Shown: positions 1 through 11,000 of the stretch, piece by piece | Layout: the number at the start of each line of letters is the position of its first letter | Position numbering within the stretch: the stretch's first letter is position 1 | Source: Promethearchaeota archaeon | GTDB lineage: Archaea; Asgardarchaeota; Lokiarchaeia; Sigyniarchaeales; SOKP01 | NCBI GenBank assembly: GCA_016839765.1 | Contig: JAEOTP010000061.1 | Span: forward strand, 1 to 54,797 | Reading direction: 5' to 3' | DNA: 54,797 nt | Made by a program: the position numbers and the translations under genes | The notes under the pieces: model-generated | Database searches by the model: none | What the model saw: only the letters and a program-made list of their open reading frames with translations | Told to the model about the DNA's origin: nothing

Positions 1-1
1 G

Positions 2-1552
2 GAGACTAAAGAGAAAGAAGCTCGAATGCATAATATCAATGCTATGATGGCGATTACAGAAACTGTGCGTTCTACATTAGGTCCAAAGGGAATGAATAAG
101 ATGTTAGTGGATGGTATGGGTGATATAACCATTACTAATGATGGAGCAGAAATTTTAAAAAATCTTGATATTGAAAATGTCGCAGCCAATATGATGGTCA
201 ATATAGCAAAAGCAATTGATGAAAAAATAGGAGATGGAACCACTACAGCGGTTATTTTTTCTGCTACTTTATTAAATAATGCTTTAGATTTAATAGAACA
301 AAATGTTCATCCAAAACCCATTACACATGGCTATAAATTAGCAGCTGATAAGGCTCTTTCAATTTTAAGTCAAATTGCAGATGATATATCTATTGATGAT
401 GAAGTTCTTCTTAAAAATATAGCTAAAACTGCCATGAATTCAAAAGATGTGGTTGGATTAAAAGACTTTTTTGCAGATTTAGCCCTGAAAGCAATAAATC
501 ATATCAAAGATGAGGAAGGCACAACTTTCCCAAAAGTTAGCAACGTAAAAATTGTAAAAGCACCTGGAAAATCCCTTAAAGATTCAGAATTAATAAATGG
601 GGTTTATATCCAGAAAGAAAAAGTCAATTCTGCTATGCCAAATATAATCAAAAATGCAAAAATTGCTGTTATAAGAAGAAAACTTGATGTAGTTAAAACG
701 GAATTTGATGCTCAAATAAGAATTTCCAATCCTGCTGATATTCAGAAATTTTTAAACCAAGAGGAAAAAATATTAACAGATTACTTGAATATATTCAAAG
801 AATTAGGAGTAAACATTATTATTAACAGCCAAGATATTTCTGATAAATTTGGAGCTTACCTAGCAAGAGAAGGAATAGCAGCAATAAAAAATTTAGGCGA
901 AGATGATTTAAAATCAGTATTAAAAGCAACTGGAGCTAAAAGAATAGATGATTTACCTTCACTAACAGAAGCAGATTTAGGTTATGCTGAGACTATTAAA
1001 TTTGAAAAGTTGGATAAAGATGACTACACATTACTAGCTGGTTGTAAGAATCCAAAATCAGTTTCAATCTTATTGAAAGGAGGTTTAGAAAAAATATTAA
1101 GCACAGCAGAAATAACCTTACATGATGTTTTATCAGTTATTGCCAAAACAATAGATACTAAAAAGATTGTAGCTGGTGGTGGGGCTATTTATATCGAATT
1201 AGCAAAGAGATTAAGAGAGTATGCTAATGAAGTTAGTGGGAAAGAACAACTAGCTATCACAGCGTTCGCCTTAGCCCTTGAAGAGATTCCTAAAACATTA
1301 ATCAGAAATGCTGGCTTAGATGAGATTGAAAAAATGACCGAATTAAGAGCAGCGCATAAAACAGATAATGATAAATGGATTGGAATAGACACGATTTCAA
1401 ATACTATAGCAGATAACTTTAAAAAAGGCATTATTGAACCTGCTGCGTTGATAGAACATGTTTTAAAGTCTGGAAGTGAATTGGCAAATTTAATATTAAG
1501 AGTTGACAGAATTATCAGCGCTAAAGGATCAAAACTTCCTGGATTAGATTAA
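2..1552 (+). CDS. Group II chaperonin (thermosome/CCT-like subunit), 5'-partial
   Basis: LGPKGMNKMLVD, ITNDGAEIL, GDGTTT nucleotide-binding motif, VAGGGA, helical protrusion KTEFDAQIRISNP; frame is open back to the window edge (ETKEKEARMH), so the true start is probably upstream. Confidence 0.95.
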   Translation, partial: ETKEKEARMHNINAMMAITETVRSTLGPKGMNKMLVDGMGDITITNDGAEILKNLDIENVAANMMVNIAKAIDEKIGDGTTTAVIFSATLLNNALDLIEQNVHPKPITHGYKLAADKALSILSQIADDISIDDEVLLKNIAKTAMNSKDVVGLKDFFADLALKAINHIKDEEGTTFPKVSNVKIVKAPGKSLKDSELINGVYIQKEKVNSAMPNIIKNAKIAVIRRKLDVVKTEFDAQIRISNPADIQKFLNQEEKILTDYLNIFKELGVNIIINSQDISDKFGAYLAREGIAAIKNLGEDDLKSVLKATGAKRIDDLPSLTEADLGYAETIKFEKLDKDDYTLLAGCKNPKSVSILLKGGLEKILSTAEITLHDVLSVIAKTIDTKKIVAGGGAIYIELAKRLREYANEVSGKEQLAITAFALALEEIPKTLIRNAGLDEIEKMTELRAAHKTDNDKWIGIDTISNTIADNFKKGIIEPAALIEHVLKSGSELANLILRVDRIISAKGSKLPGLD

Positions 1553-1817
1553 ATTTTATTTTTTTCCTTTTTTTAAATTAAAAATATTTTAAAAATTTTC
1601 ACTGTTTAATAAAAACGTCTTCACTGATTAGCTTTTTAAAATGAAATTATCATATATAAGCTACTTCAAATATAAAAAATTTAATCAATTTGTTAAAATG
1701 GGTAAATCTTACCACACGAGAGTTAAAAATCGTTCAAATTATAAAACTTTTTAATCATCCTTCTTTTCTTTAAGCATATTCTAGGAAATGATTTAAAAAA
1801 AATTTCAATTGTTTAAT

Positions 1818-3725
1818 ATGGACAATATTAAAACTTTTAAGAAACACTTAGAAAAAAAAATCATAACTAAAGTTGATCTTGAAAAACTGTATGCTCTAAA
1901 CAATAATCATATCTTTAGGATTATAAATGAATTCGTTGATTTATGTAAACCAAGTAAGGTTACAATTATTTCAGATTCAAAAGAAGATATTGAATATGTA
2001 AGACGTAAAGCTATAAAGATTGGCGAAGAGAGTGAATTAGCTTTAGAAGGACACACGGTCCACTACGATGGTTTTTTTACAATATCTAATCATGATCAAG
2101 CCAGAGATAAAGAAAATACACAAGTTTTAGTGTCTAAGGAACAACAAGGTATTTATCCCTGGATTAATACAATGGAACGAGAAAAGGGATTAAAGGAAAT
2201 CTTTGAAATCATGGATGGAGCTATGAAAGGTCATGAATGTTTAGTTCGATTTTTTAGTTTAGGTCCTAAAAATTCTGAATTTTCTATACTAGCTCTTCAA
2301 TTAACAGACAGTTTTTATGTTGGGCATTCCGAAGATTTACTCTATAGAGAAGGCTATGAAGAATTTAAAAGATTGAATGGCTCTGATAATTTCTTTTATT
2401 TTATACATTCTTCAGGAGAATTGATGGGAGACCCTCCAGTTACAAAAAATCTTGAAAAACGGCGAATTTATGTGGATTTAAAAGGTGGCAGAGTTTTATC
2501 AGTAAATAATCAATATGCGGGGAATTCTCTCGGTCTTAAGAAGTTGGCATTAAGATTAGGGATATTTAAGGCAAATAATGAGGATTGGCTAACAGAACAC
2601 TATTTTATTATGGGACTTCATCCAAAAGGTAAAGATCGAATAACTTACGCCTGTGGTGCTTACCCAAGCGCATGTGGAAAGACTTCTACAGCAATGCTTC
2701 CAGGACAAACAATTGTAGGAGATGATATTGCCTATATTAGAAAATGGGATGATGGTTACTGTCATGGAGTAAATATTGAACATGGAATTTTTGGCATTAT
2801 CAAAGATGTTAACTTAAATGATGATCCGGAAATCTTTAAGGCACTTACTACTCCTAGAGAAACAATTTTCTCAAATGTATTGATTAAAAACGGTACTCCT
2901 TATTGGTTAGGTGATGGAAGAGTACCTCAAGAGGAAGGCTTTAATTTTTCTGGAGAGTGGTATAAAGGTAAAAAAGATGAAAATGGGGTAGAGATCCCAT
3001 TTGCACATCCCAATGCTCGTTATACTATAAGGATTAGCGAACTTCTTAATGCTGATCCAATGTTAAATGAACCCAATGGTGTACCTGTCCATTTAATTTT
3101 TTATGGAGGTAGGGATTCAGATAATATGCCTCCTGTTCTTGAAAGTTTTGATTGGGAGCATGGAGTTTTCCTTGGTGCTTCAATCGAATCTGAAACGACT
3201 TCAGCAACCATCGGGCAAGAAGGTGTAAGAAAGATGCAACCTATGGCTAATTTAGATTTTTTAGTAGTTCCATTGGGAAAATATCTAGAAAATCATCAAA
3301 GATTTGGACAATCTTTAGATTTTCCTCCTAAAGTTTTCGCAACAAATTATTTTTTAAAAAGTAAAGATGGAGAATATTTGAATGGAATTTTAGATAAGTT
3401 AGTATGGGTTATGTGGGCAGAATTACGTGTTCATAGTGATGTTAATGCAATTGAAACTCCAATTGGTTATATCCCAAAATACAAAGATTTAGAATTATTA
3501 TTTAAGAGATATCTTGATAAAAATTATACTAAAGATGATTATGTAGAACAATTTTCAATACGAGTGAAAAAATTAATAGAAAAGCTTGATAGAGTAGAAG
3601 AGATGTATAGAAAGGAGAAAAATATGCCTAAATTCTTCTGGGATATTTTAAATGAACAAAGAGAAAAACTCAATAACATAGGAAAGGAAAAGGGAGAAAT
3701 TATATCACCATTGGATTTATCCTAA
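1818..3725 (+). CDS. pckG: Phosphoenolpyruvate carboxykinase (GTP)
   Basis: YAGNSLGLKKLALR, P-loop AYPSACGKTSTAM, VGDDIAY, AHPNARY, YGGRD motifs; ATG 1818 preferred over TTG 1809. Confidence 0.95.
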   Translation: MDNIKTFKKHLEKKIITKVDLEKLYALNNNHIFRIINEFVDLCKPSKVTIISDSKEDIEYVRRKAIKIGEESELALEGHTVHYDGFFTISNHDQARDKENTQVLVSKEQQGIYPWINTMEREKGLKEIFEIMDGAMKGHECLVRFFSLGPKNSEFSILALQLTDSFYVGHSEDLLYREGYEEFKRLNGSDNFFYFIHSSGELMGDPPVTKNLEKRRIYVDLKGGRVLSVNNQYAGNSLGLKKLALRLGIFKANNEDWLTEHYFIMGLHPKGKDRITYACGAYPSACGKTSTAMLPGQTIVGDDIAYIRKWDDGYCHGVNIEHGIFGIIKDVNLNDDPEIFKALTTPRETIFSNVLIKNGTPYWLGDGRVPQEEGFNFSGEWYKGKKDENGVEIPFAHPNARYTIRISELLNADPMLNEPNGVPVHLIFYGGRDSDNMPPVLESFDWEHGVFLGASIESETTSATIGQEGVRKMQPMANLDFLVVPLGKYLENHQRFGQSLDFPPKVFATNYFLKSKDGEYLNGILDKLVWVMWAELRVHSDVNAIETPIGYIPKYKDLELLFKRYLDKNYTKDDYVEQFSIRVKKLIEKLDRVEEMYRKEKNMPKFFWDILNEQREKLNNIGKEKGEIISPLDLS

Positions 3726-3803
3726 AAATTATCTTAAATTTTTAACAAAATTTTTATTTGTTCAATTTGATTAACTTTTATTAAAAATGTTAAGTGGATT
3801 AAA

Positions 3804-4427
3804 ATGGGTGCAAATGGAATAACATATACCACAGCAGAATTTAATACCATAATAACTATGTTAGGATGTTTATGTGCTACTGTTCAATTAGCATCAGGAT
3901 GGTATGCTGCGTTTAAGAAGAAAAAGATAGGAATGTTAAAAACTAACGATATACTATTTCGGGCTCATAGAGCCTTTGGAGGTTTTGCTACGACATTATA
4001 TTTTCTTGGATTGTTTGCAGGATTAACAGGATTTATAGGTGCACTTATTTTTAATATTCCTCCTTTTGAAGGTGGCGATCCAAGTTTTATTATTCATGTT
4101 TGGCCAAGTTTTGCTGTAATGATTGTAATTATTACAAAAACTTATTTATCATATTTTAAGAAGTCATCAATTTATAAGAAAGGTAAATGGTTAGGTATTG
4201 CTACTTTTATTGCTTGGGCTTTTACTTGGATAAGTTCCGCATTTTCTTATTATTTAAGGACACTACCATCAAATCCTCAACATCCTCCTCCCACTTACTT
4301 GCTACCATTTGAATTATCATGGTTGCAAATTTTAATGCCCTTTCTAATAGGTTTAATTATTGGTTATCTCATAATACGATCTGCAAATATACTAGAGAAA
4401 AAAAAAGCAACTAAAACGGCAAAATGA
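3804..4427 (+). CDS. Integral membrane protein, possibly a cytochrome b-like heme protein (DUF6529-like)
   Basis: About 5 hydrophobic helices with His at helix starts (RAHRAFG, FIIHVWP); family assignment is by resemblance only. Confidence 0.55.
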   Translation: MGANGITYTTAEFNTIITMLGCLCATVQLASGWYAAFKKKKIGMLKTNDILFRAHRAFGGFATTLYFLGLFAGLTGFIGALIFNIPPFEGGDPSFIIHVWPSFAVMIVIITKTYLSYFKKSSIYKKGKWLGIATFIAWAFTWISSAFSYYLRTLPSNPQHPPPTYLLPFELSWLQILMPFLIGLIIGYLIIRSANILEKKKATKTAK

Positions 4428-5108
4428 TTAAATCAAAAGCTTTAATCCCTCTTTTACTTTAAAAGTTCGATTAGCTCGATCTAATTCAATAAATCTTTTA
4501 ATTTCAAGATTATTTAAAAAATCTCTCATCTCAATTGTATTTTTCTTCAATTTTTCGGTTAAACCTTCAATATTGTTCTCATAGGTACGAAGAATTTCTA
4601 TTAATGATGAATAATTTTCATATATCTGATTAACAAGCTGCTTTAAAACATTGTCAAGATTCTCTCCAGTTCTAGTACTAGTAGGAAAAATTACAGTATC
4701 TTCTGGTAAATAATTTTGGGCGCGAACCACTTCAGAGTGTCTCGCTCCTGCGATATCTTGTTTGTTTGCTAAAAATATTATTGGTATATCTTGACTAATA
4801 GCTTTTCTTATAGAATTTAGAATTATAATACCATCTTCATCTTTCTCAGGATGAGCAGCGTCGAAAATAAAAATAACACCATCAGTTCCCCGTAAAACTA
4901 CATCTCTCATCACATTAAATCTTAATAAACCAGGGGTTCCAAAAAGAAACACATCAAAACCATTTAATGTTACAGAACCTAAATCCATCCCTACAGTATA
5001 TAATTTATTATCTCGTGCTTTCGCTTCAATGTTTAATGCATTCTCGTCAAAGTGTTTAATAAACGACGATTTTCCACATTGTAATGGTCCTGATACAACG
5101 ATCTTCAT
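4428..5108 (-). CDS. Small GTPase (MglA/Arf-Ras-like) with C-terminal helical/winged-helix-like extension
   Basis: G1 GPLQCGKSS, G2 TVGMDLG, G3 LFGTPGL, G4 NKQD, G5 TSTR; about 60-aa C-terminal extension. Confidence 0.9.
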   Translation of the reverse strand: MKIVVSGPLQCGKSSFIKHFDENALNIEAKARDNKLYTVGMDLGSVTLNGFDVFLFGTPGLLRFNVMRDVVLRGTDGVIFIFDAAHPEKDEDGIIILNSIRKAISQDIPIIFLANKQDIAGARHSEVVRAQNYLPEDTVIFPTSTRTGENLDNVLKQLVNQIYENYSSLIEILRTYENNIEGLTEKLKKNTIEMRDFLNNLEIKRFIELDRANRTFKVKEGLKLLI

Positions 5109-5419
5109 TTTGTCGGACTAAACTTCTCTAATATAGTTTATTATTGTTTTATTAACTTTTTTTGTTTTATTATTTCGATTAATATATAGATAATATGAGT
5201 CTGTTTAAATTTATCATATAATCATTAATTTGTAATTTTGAAGGGATCCCTAACTAAGATTTACTAAACTAATTATTGTTTTATTTTTTATATTACTTAG
5301 ATAATAAGGTTTACCTTTAATGGCAATTTGTGCTACTTCTCAACCATTAACAGGGATTTAAAATTAAAGATTTAGATAGGATTAAATAATAGTATGGAAT
5401 AATATTAAATTAATTCAAG

Positions 5420-5435
5420 AAAAGCAATTGCTTTT
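5420..5435. promoter_or_regulatory. Perfect 16-bp palindrome AAAAGCAATTGCTTTT upstream of pepD, candidate operator
   Basis: Exact inverted repeat ending 17 bp before the GTG start. Confidence 0.3.
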
Positions 5436-5452
5436 TTTACGGTGCAAATGAA

Positions 5453-6982
5453 GTGGAAAATTTAGCAAAATTAGGTAATCCACCAGAATTCTGGGATTAT
5501 TTTTACCAAATATCTAGAATCCCAAGGTGTACAGAAAATGAAGCCCAAATAAGGGAGTTTATAAGGAAAGAAGCTGAAAAGTTCGGATTTCCTGTGGAAA
5601 TTGATCAAGTAAAAAATATCGTGGTAAAAATTCCATCAAAAGTGCAAAACTCAGATAGACAATTAAAAATAATACTACAATGCCACATGGATATGGTATG
5701 TAATAAGATTGAGGGAGTGCAACATGATTTTTCGAAAGATCCATTAAAATTGAAAATTATAGATGAAGATGACGAAAAGTGGTTAACTGCGGAAGGTACA
5801 ACTCTGGGAGCAGATAATGGTGTAGGTATTGCGTATCAACTATCAATAATGAAAAAAGTGTATAATGGAGAGCTGAATTTTGCTCCTTTAGGATTAGATT
5901 TGTTATTTACAGTAGATGAGGAAGGGAAAGGCACAGGAATACTTCAATTAGATACTAATTTAATTAGCGGAGATTATTTAATAAATCTTGATGCAGAAGA
6001 TGATAATGAGATTTTAATAGGATCTGCTGGGCTTATCCATAATATAATTGATATAAAAATAAAAAGAAAACCTTTAAAAGGTATTGAAACTGAAATTACC
6101 CCGGTTAAAATTGCCCTAGGAGGGTTAATAGGTGGACATTCAGGAGGGGATATTAATAAAGGGCGTGCTAATGCGATAAAACTTCTCTCACAGATATTAT
6201 GGAAACTGAATAAGGAATTCAAAATTTATGTTAATTCTTTAAACGGAGGGACTCATCAAAATGCTATACCTAGAGAATCTCAAGCAGTAATTTATATTGA
6301 AAAGAGCAACTTTTCTAAATTGAATTCTTTTATTCAAGATATTTTTCCCTACATAAAAGATTCGTTCGATGGAATTGAAAAAAATATTAAAATTTCTATT
6401 CAAAAATTACCTGATTATTCAGATTATTCTAGTCTTGAAGAAAACTTTCAGAAAAGATTACTAAATTTTTTATATATTGTACCAGATGGACTGATTTCAA
6501 TGCATCCAAAAATTAAAGACTTAGTTCAGACTTCTACTAATTTAGGAACACTAACTACAGAAGAAAATCAAATAATCTTCCAAATCTTACTAAGAAGTTC
6601 TTCTGAATATGAAAAACATGTGAACAATGAAATAATTTTTATTATTTTAAACATGATGAAATTGGAATTTAATATGTTATTTGATTTAGATTATCCATGT
6701 TGGTCTCCAAATTTTAATTTAAAATTTTTGAATTTAGTACGAGATGTATATCAGAAATTATTTAATATTGATGTTAAAATCAACGCAACGCACGGAACTT
6801 GTGAATGTAATTCTTTTGTGAAATATTACCCTAATATGGAAATGGTAGCCATTGGACCTACAATCAAAGATGCTCATTCTCCAAATGAGCGGCTAAAAAT
6901 TAGCAGTGTTGAAAAAATTTGGAAACTCTTAATAAGTTTACTCAACAACTTAAAAGGAACTAAAATGGAGTTGATAGATTAG
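5453..6982 (+). CDS. pepD: M20C aminoacyl-histidine dipeptidase (PepD-like)
   Basis: LQCHMDMV, TTLGADNG, VDEE, INLDAE, GGHSGGDI..GRANA, HSPNERL. Confidence 0.9.
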   Translation: MENLAKLGNPPEFWDYFYQISRIPRCTENEAQIREFIRKEAEKFGFPVEIDQVKNIVVKIPSKVQNSDRQLKIILQCHMDMVCNKIEGVQHDFSKDPLKLKIIDEDDEKWLTAEGTTLGADNGVGIAYQLSIMKKVYNGELNFAPLGLDLLFTVDEEGKGTGILQLDTNLISGDYLINLDAEDDNEILIGSAGLIHNIIDIKIKRKPLKGIETEITPVKIALGGLIGGHSGGDINKGRANAIKLLSQILWKLNKEFKIYVNSLNGGTHQNAIPRESQAVIYIEKSNFSKLNSFIQDIFPYIKDSFDGIEKNIKISIQKLPDYSDYSSLEENFQKRLLNFLYIVPDGLISMHPKIKDLVQTSTNLGTLTTEENQIIFQILLRSSSEYEKHVNNEIIFIILNMMKLEFNMLFDLDYPCWSPNFNLKFLNLVRDVYQKLFNIDVKINATHGTCECNSFVKYYPNMEMVAIGPTIKDAHSPNERLKISSVEKIWKLLISLLNNLKGTKMELID

Positions 6983-6983
6983 T

Positions 6984-7622
6984 TTGCCAGTTTCCTATAT
7001 TTATAAAAAGATGATTCGTGATAAGATTAAAAAACTTACGAAACCAGTTACATTAAAGGTATTTACCTCGTCAAATAATCCCCAAGAATCTGTATATATG
7101 ATGGATACGTTGGATATTTATCAAAAAAATTCTAATGGAATGCTGAAAATCGAAGAGTATAACTTAGAATCTAATTCTGAATTTGCTAAAAAGTATGATA
7201 TCCAACGAGCACCTGCGATTTTACTGATGAATAATCAAGGTATAGAAATTATACGTTATTTAGCGGTACCCATGGCTGCGGAAATCCAACCATTTATACA
7301 GGCATTAATGGTATTTACTGGAACACCTAATTATTATGAAGCTATTATAAAGCAAAGCCTAAGTAAAATGGATCCTCTAGTTATTCAGGTATTGATTACG
7401 GATTCTTGTGCTTATTGTCCTACTATTTTATCAATCTGCAGTCAGTTCGCTTTAGCATCAGAAGGTAAAATAAGGACGGTTATAATAGATATTATGGCAC
7501 ATCCTGATATTGGTGAGCAATATAATGTATCAACTGTTCCATATTTAATCATTAATGAAAAAAAAAAGCTAAAAGGCACTATTACTGCAGAGGAGCTTTT
7601 AAAAGAACTACTAGAGTGCTAG
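6984..7622 (+). CDS. Two-domain thioredoxin-fold protein disulfide oxidoreductase (PDO/AhpF-NTD-like) with one CxxC
   Basis: Two Trx units with cis-Pro motifs (QRAP, STVP); C-terminal CAYC present, N-terminal CxxC replaced by PQES. Confidence 0.8.
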   Translation: MPVSYIYKKMIRDKIKKLTKPVTLKVFTSSNNPQESVYMMDTLDIYQKNSNGMLKIEEYNLESNSEFAKKYDIQRAPAILLMNNQGIEIIRYLAVPMAAEIQPFIQALMVFTGTPNYYEAIIKQSLSKMDPLVIQVLITDSCAYCPTILSICSQFALASEGKIRTVIIDIMAHPDIGEQYNVSTVPYLIINEKKKLKGTITAEELLKELLEC

Positions 7623-7791
7623 TTTGAAATGAACTTTTCTTTTTAACAAAAAATCATCAAAAATTTAGAATTTTTTTATTTTGAAAATTTAGTGAAAATT
7701 TATTTTTCTTCTCATTGAAATTTTCTAACATAGAGGTCTGGTCGTTTAATTTAACTTTTTTTAATTGAAAAGATTACTAAAATCAATCAAT

Positions 7792-7809
7792 AATTCCGAA
7801 TTCGGTATT
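7792..7809. promoter_or_regulatory. Palindrome (core CCGAATTCGG) upstream of the hdr-met operon, candidate operator
   Basis: AATTCCGAATTCGGTATT near-perfect inverted repeat in an AT-rich intergenic region; related half-site TTTCGGA near 7832. Confidence 0.3.
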
Positions 7810-8028
7810 TTTTAACCTAATAATTTTTTAATTTCGGATAAAAAATAACAGAAAAAAAACGATTATGGAAATATTTATATAGACGCATGTTATAATAAGT
7901 AAATTATAAAGAAATTAGTTTATTATTTAAACAATTATTTTCAAAAAGGAGCGAAGATTTTAGAAAAACAACGAAATATAATAAAAAAAAAAGGAAATAT
8001 GCAAAAAAATGATCAAAATTGATGAAAA

Positions 8029-11000
8029 ATGGCAAGTAGCAGTATAATGGTTATTGGTGGTGGAATTTCAGGGATAGAAGCAAGTCTTACATTGGCTGAA
8101 CAAGGATATAAAGTAATTCTTGTAGAGAAGACATCTTCTGTTGGCGGTCGAATGGCGCAGCTAGATAAAACTTTTCCGACATTAGATTGTTCGATATGTA
8201 TTCTAGCACCAAAAATGGTTGAAGTATCTCGTCATCCAAACGTTGAACTTTTAGCATATTCTGAAGTGCAAGAAGTAAATGGAGAAGCTGGAAATTTCAA
8301 TGTTAAAGTACTCAAAAAAGCTCGATATGTTGATTGGGATATATGTACAGGATGTGCAGCCTGTCAAGAGAAATGTCCTATGAAAAAAATACCTAGTGAA
8401 TTTGAGGAAGGGATGGGCAATCGTACAGCGATTTACATTCCCTTTCCGCAAGCAGTTCCAAGAAAAGCTGTTATAGATGCTGAAAAATGTCTGTACCTAA
8501 CAAAGGGAGCTTGTCAATTATGTGAAAAAGAATGTGAGGCAGGAGCAATTAATTTCGACATGAAAGACGAAGTAGTTGAGTACAATGTTGCATCAATCAT
8601 TACAGCGACAGGATATGATCAAATAGATCCTGCTATTTTAGATCGATATCATTTTGGTGAATATCCTAACGTTATTACTGCTATGCAGTATGAACGTTTA
8701 CTGAGTGCCTCTGGTCCTACTGGTGGAGAATTATTACGTCCATCAGATAAGGAACATGCTCATAATATAGCATTTGTTGCTTGTGTAGGATCTAGAAATG
8801 AGGATATATGTGCGTATTGTTCTAAATTTTGCTGTATGTACATGGCAAAAGAGGGGGTAGTAACACGAGAACACGCTCCAGACACAGATGTTACTATCTA
8901 TTTTAATGATATTAGAGTAATTGGCAAAAATCAAGAAGAATTCATAGAAAGAGCTAAAGATGAATATAATTTACATTATCATCATGGAATTCCTGGAGAT
9001 GTTCGAGAAAATCCAGAGAATCATAATTTATATGTAAAAGCGGCTAATTTAGATACTGGTGAAGTAGAGACAAAAGAATTTGACCTTATTGTGCTTGCTA
9101 ACGCTGTAACCCCTAGAAAAGATGCTGAAAAATTAGCAGAAATTCTGGGTATTGAAAGGAATGAGTTAGGATTTTTTAAAACGAAAGATTCTACGGAAGA
9201 TTTAAAATCTACTAAGAATGGTGTGTATGTAACTGGTTCTTGTCAATCTCCTGACGATATAGCAAATTCAGTAGCAAAAGCTGGAGGTGCTGCTGCTTTA
9301 GCCGCTTCTCACGCAATCCCTCTAAGTGAAGAAGAAACTAAAGTAGAGTTGCCACCATTAATACCAATAAATCCTGGAGATGAGCCCCGTGTTGGAGTAT
9401 TTATTTGTAGGTGTGGTATTAATATTGCAGGCTATATGGATGTACCTAATTTAGTAGAATATGCTAAAACGTTACCAAATGTAGTTTATTCCATGGAAAA
9501 TAAGTATAGTTGCTCTCAGTTAACTCAAGATATCATAAAAGAAAAAATTGAAGAACTTAATTTAAATCGAGTGGTAGTTGCAGCATGTACTCCTAGGACT
9601 CATGAACCACTTTTCCAAAAAACAATACGAGAAGCTGGATTAAATGAATATCTCTTTAATTTTGTAAGTATTCGCGAATTAGATTCTTGGGTCCATATGA
9701 AAGATAATGAAAGAGCAACTGATAAAGCAAAGGATTTAATAAGAATGGGAGTTGCTAGAGTAATTCGTCAGAGACCTGAATACAAAATTAAGGGGAGCGT
9801 AGTTCCAGAAGCCTTAGTAGTAGGTGGGGGAATTACAGGAATTAGTGCTGCAATGGAGATTGCAAATAAAGGATTTAAGGTTCATGTTATTGAAAAAGAA
9901 GATAAATTAGGAGGACAATTGAATCAAATATACAAAATTAACTTTGATCGAATTGATTCTAAAGAGTATCTTGAGGAACACTTGAAGGAATTTAACAAAC
10001 AAAAAAATATTATCATATATTTAAATTCTGAAGTTGCAGATGTAAAAGGCTCTATAGGCGATTTTAAAGTAAAGATAAAAACTAACGCAGAAGCAAAAAC
10101 TACTGACTTGAATGTAGGTGTGATTATAGCCGCGACTGGCGCCTATGAATATAAGCCTGAAGGCTGGTACCATTATGGTGAAGAAGGAATGAACGATAAA
10201 ATTATGACCCAATTAGAATTATCAGAGAAACTTAGAAATAATAAATTAAAAGATGGTGAGACTCTCGTTTTTATTCATTGTGTGGGTTCACGTCAGCCAG
10301 AAGGAGGAAATGGAGTAAGATATTGCTCTCTTATATGTTGTTCTGAATCGATTAGACATGCATTATATGTGAAAGAGACATACCCGAATTCAAATATTTA
10401 TGTACTATATAGGGATATACGGGTAGGAACTGATGAGGAATATTATTATTGGAAAGCGCGCGAAAGCGTCAATTATATACGATTCAATGAATACCCTACT
10501 GTAAATATTGCAAATGGAAAACTAAAGGTAAAAGTCCAGGACATTTTAACTCAAATTGATCTTACAATAGATGCAGATACAGTTGTTCTTTCTACGCCAT
10601 TAATTCCTCATAATACTCAAAAACTAGGTGAAATGATTAAATGTGCTAGAGATCAAAATGGATATTTCTTAGAGGCTCATATAAAGTTAAGGCCCGTTGA
10701 TTTTGCCACAGATGGAATTTACTTAGCAGGTACATGTCACAGTCCTAAAGGGATATCCGATTCAATTTCTCAAGGCAGAGGAGCGGCAGCTCACGCCTTA
10801 ATCCCTCTCATTTCTGGAGAGGTTGAAAATGAACCTTTAGTTTCAGTAGTTAATCCTGCATTATGCCTAGCATGCCAAAAATGTGAGGAAGTTTGTAACT
10901 TTGGAGCAATCGGTGTTAACTTTGATAAAGCAATTTTAGTTTCTGAATCCAATCCTTTATTATGTAAAGGATGTGGAGACTGTGCTGCTGCATGTCCAGC

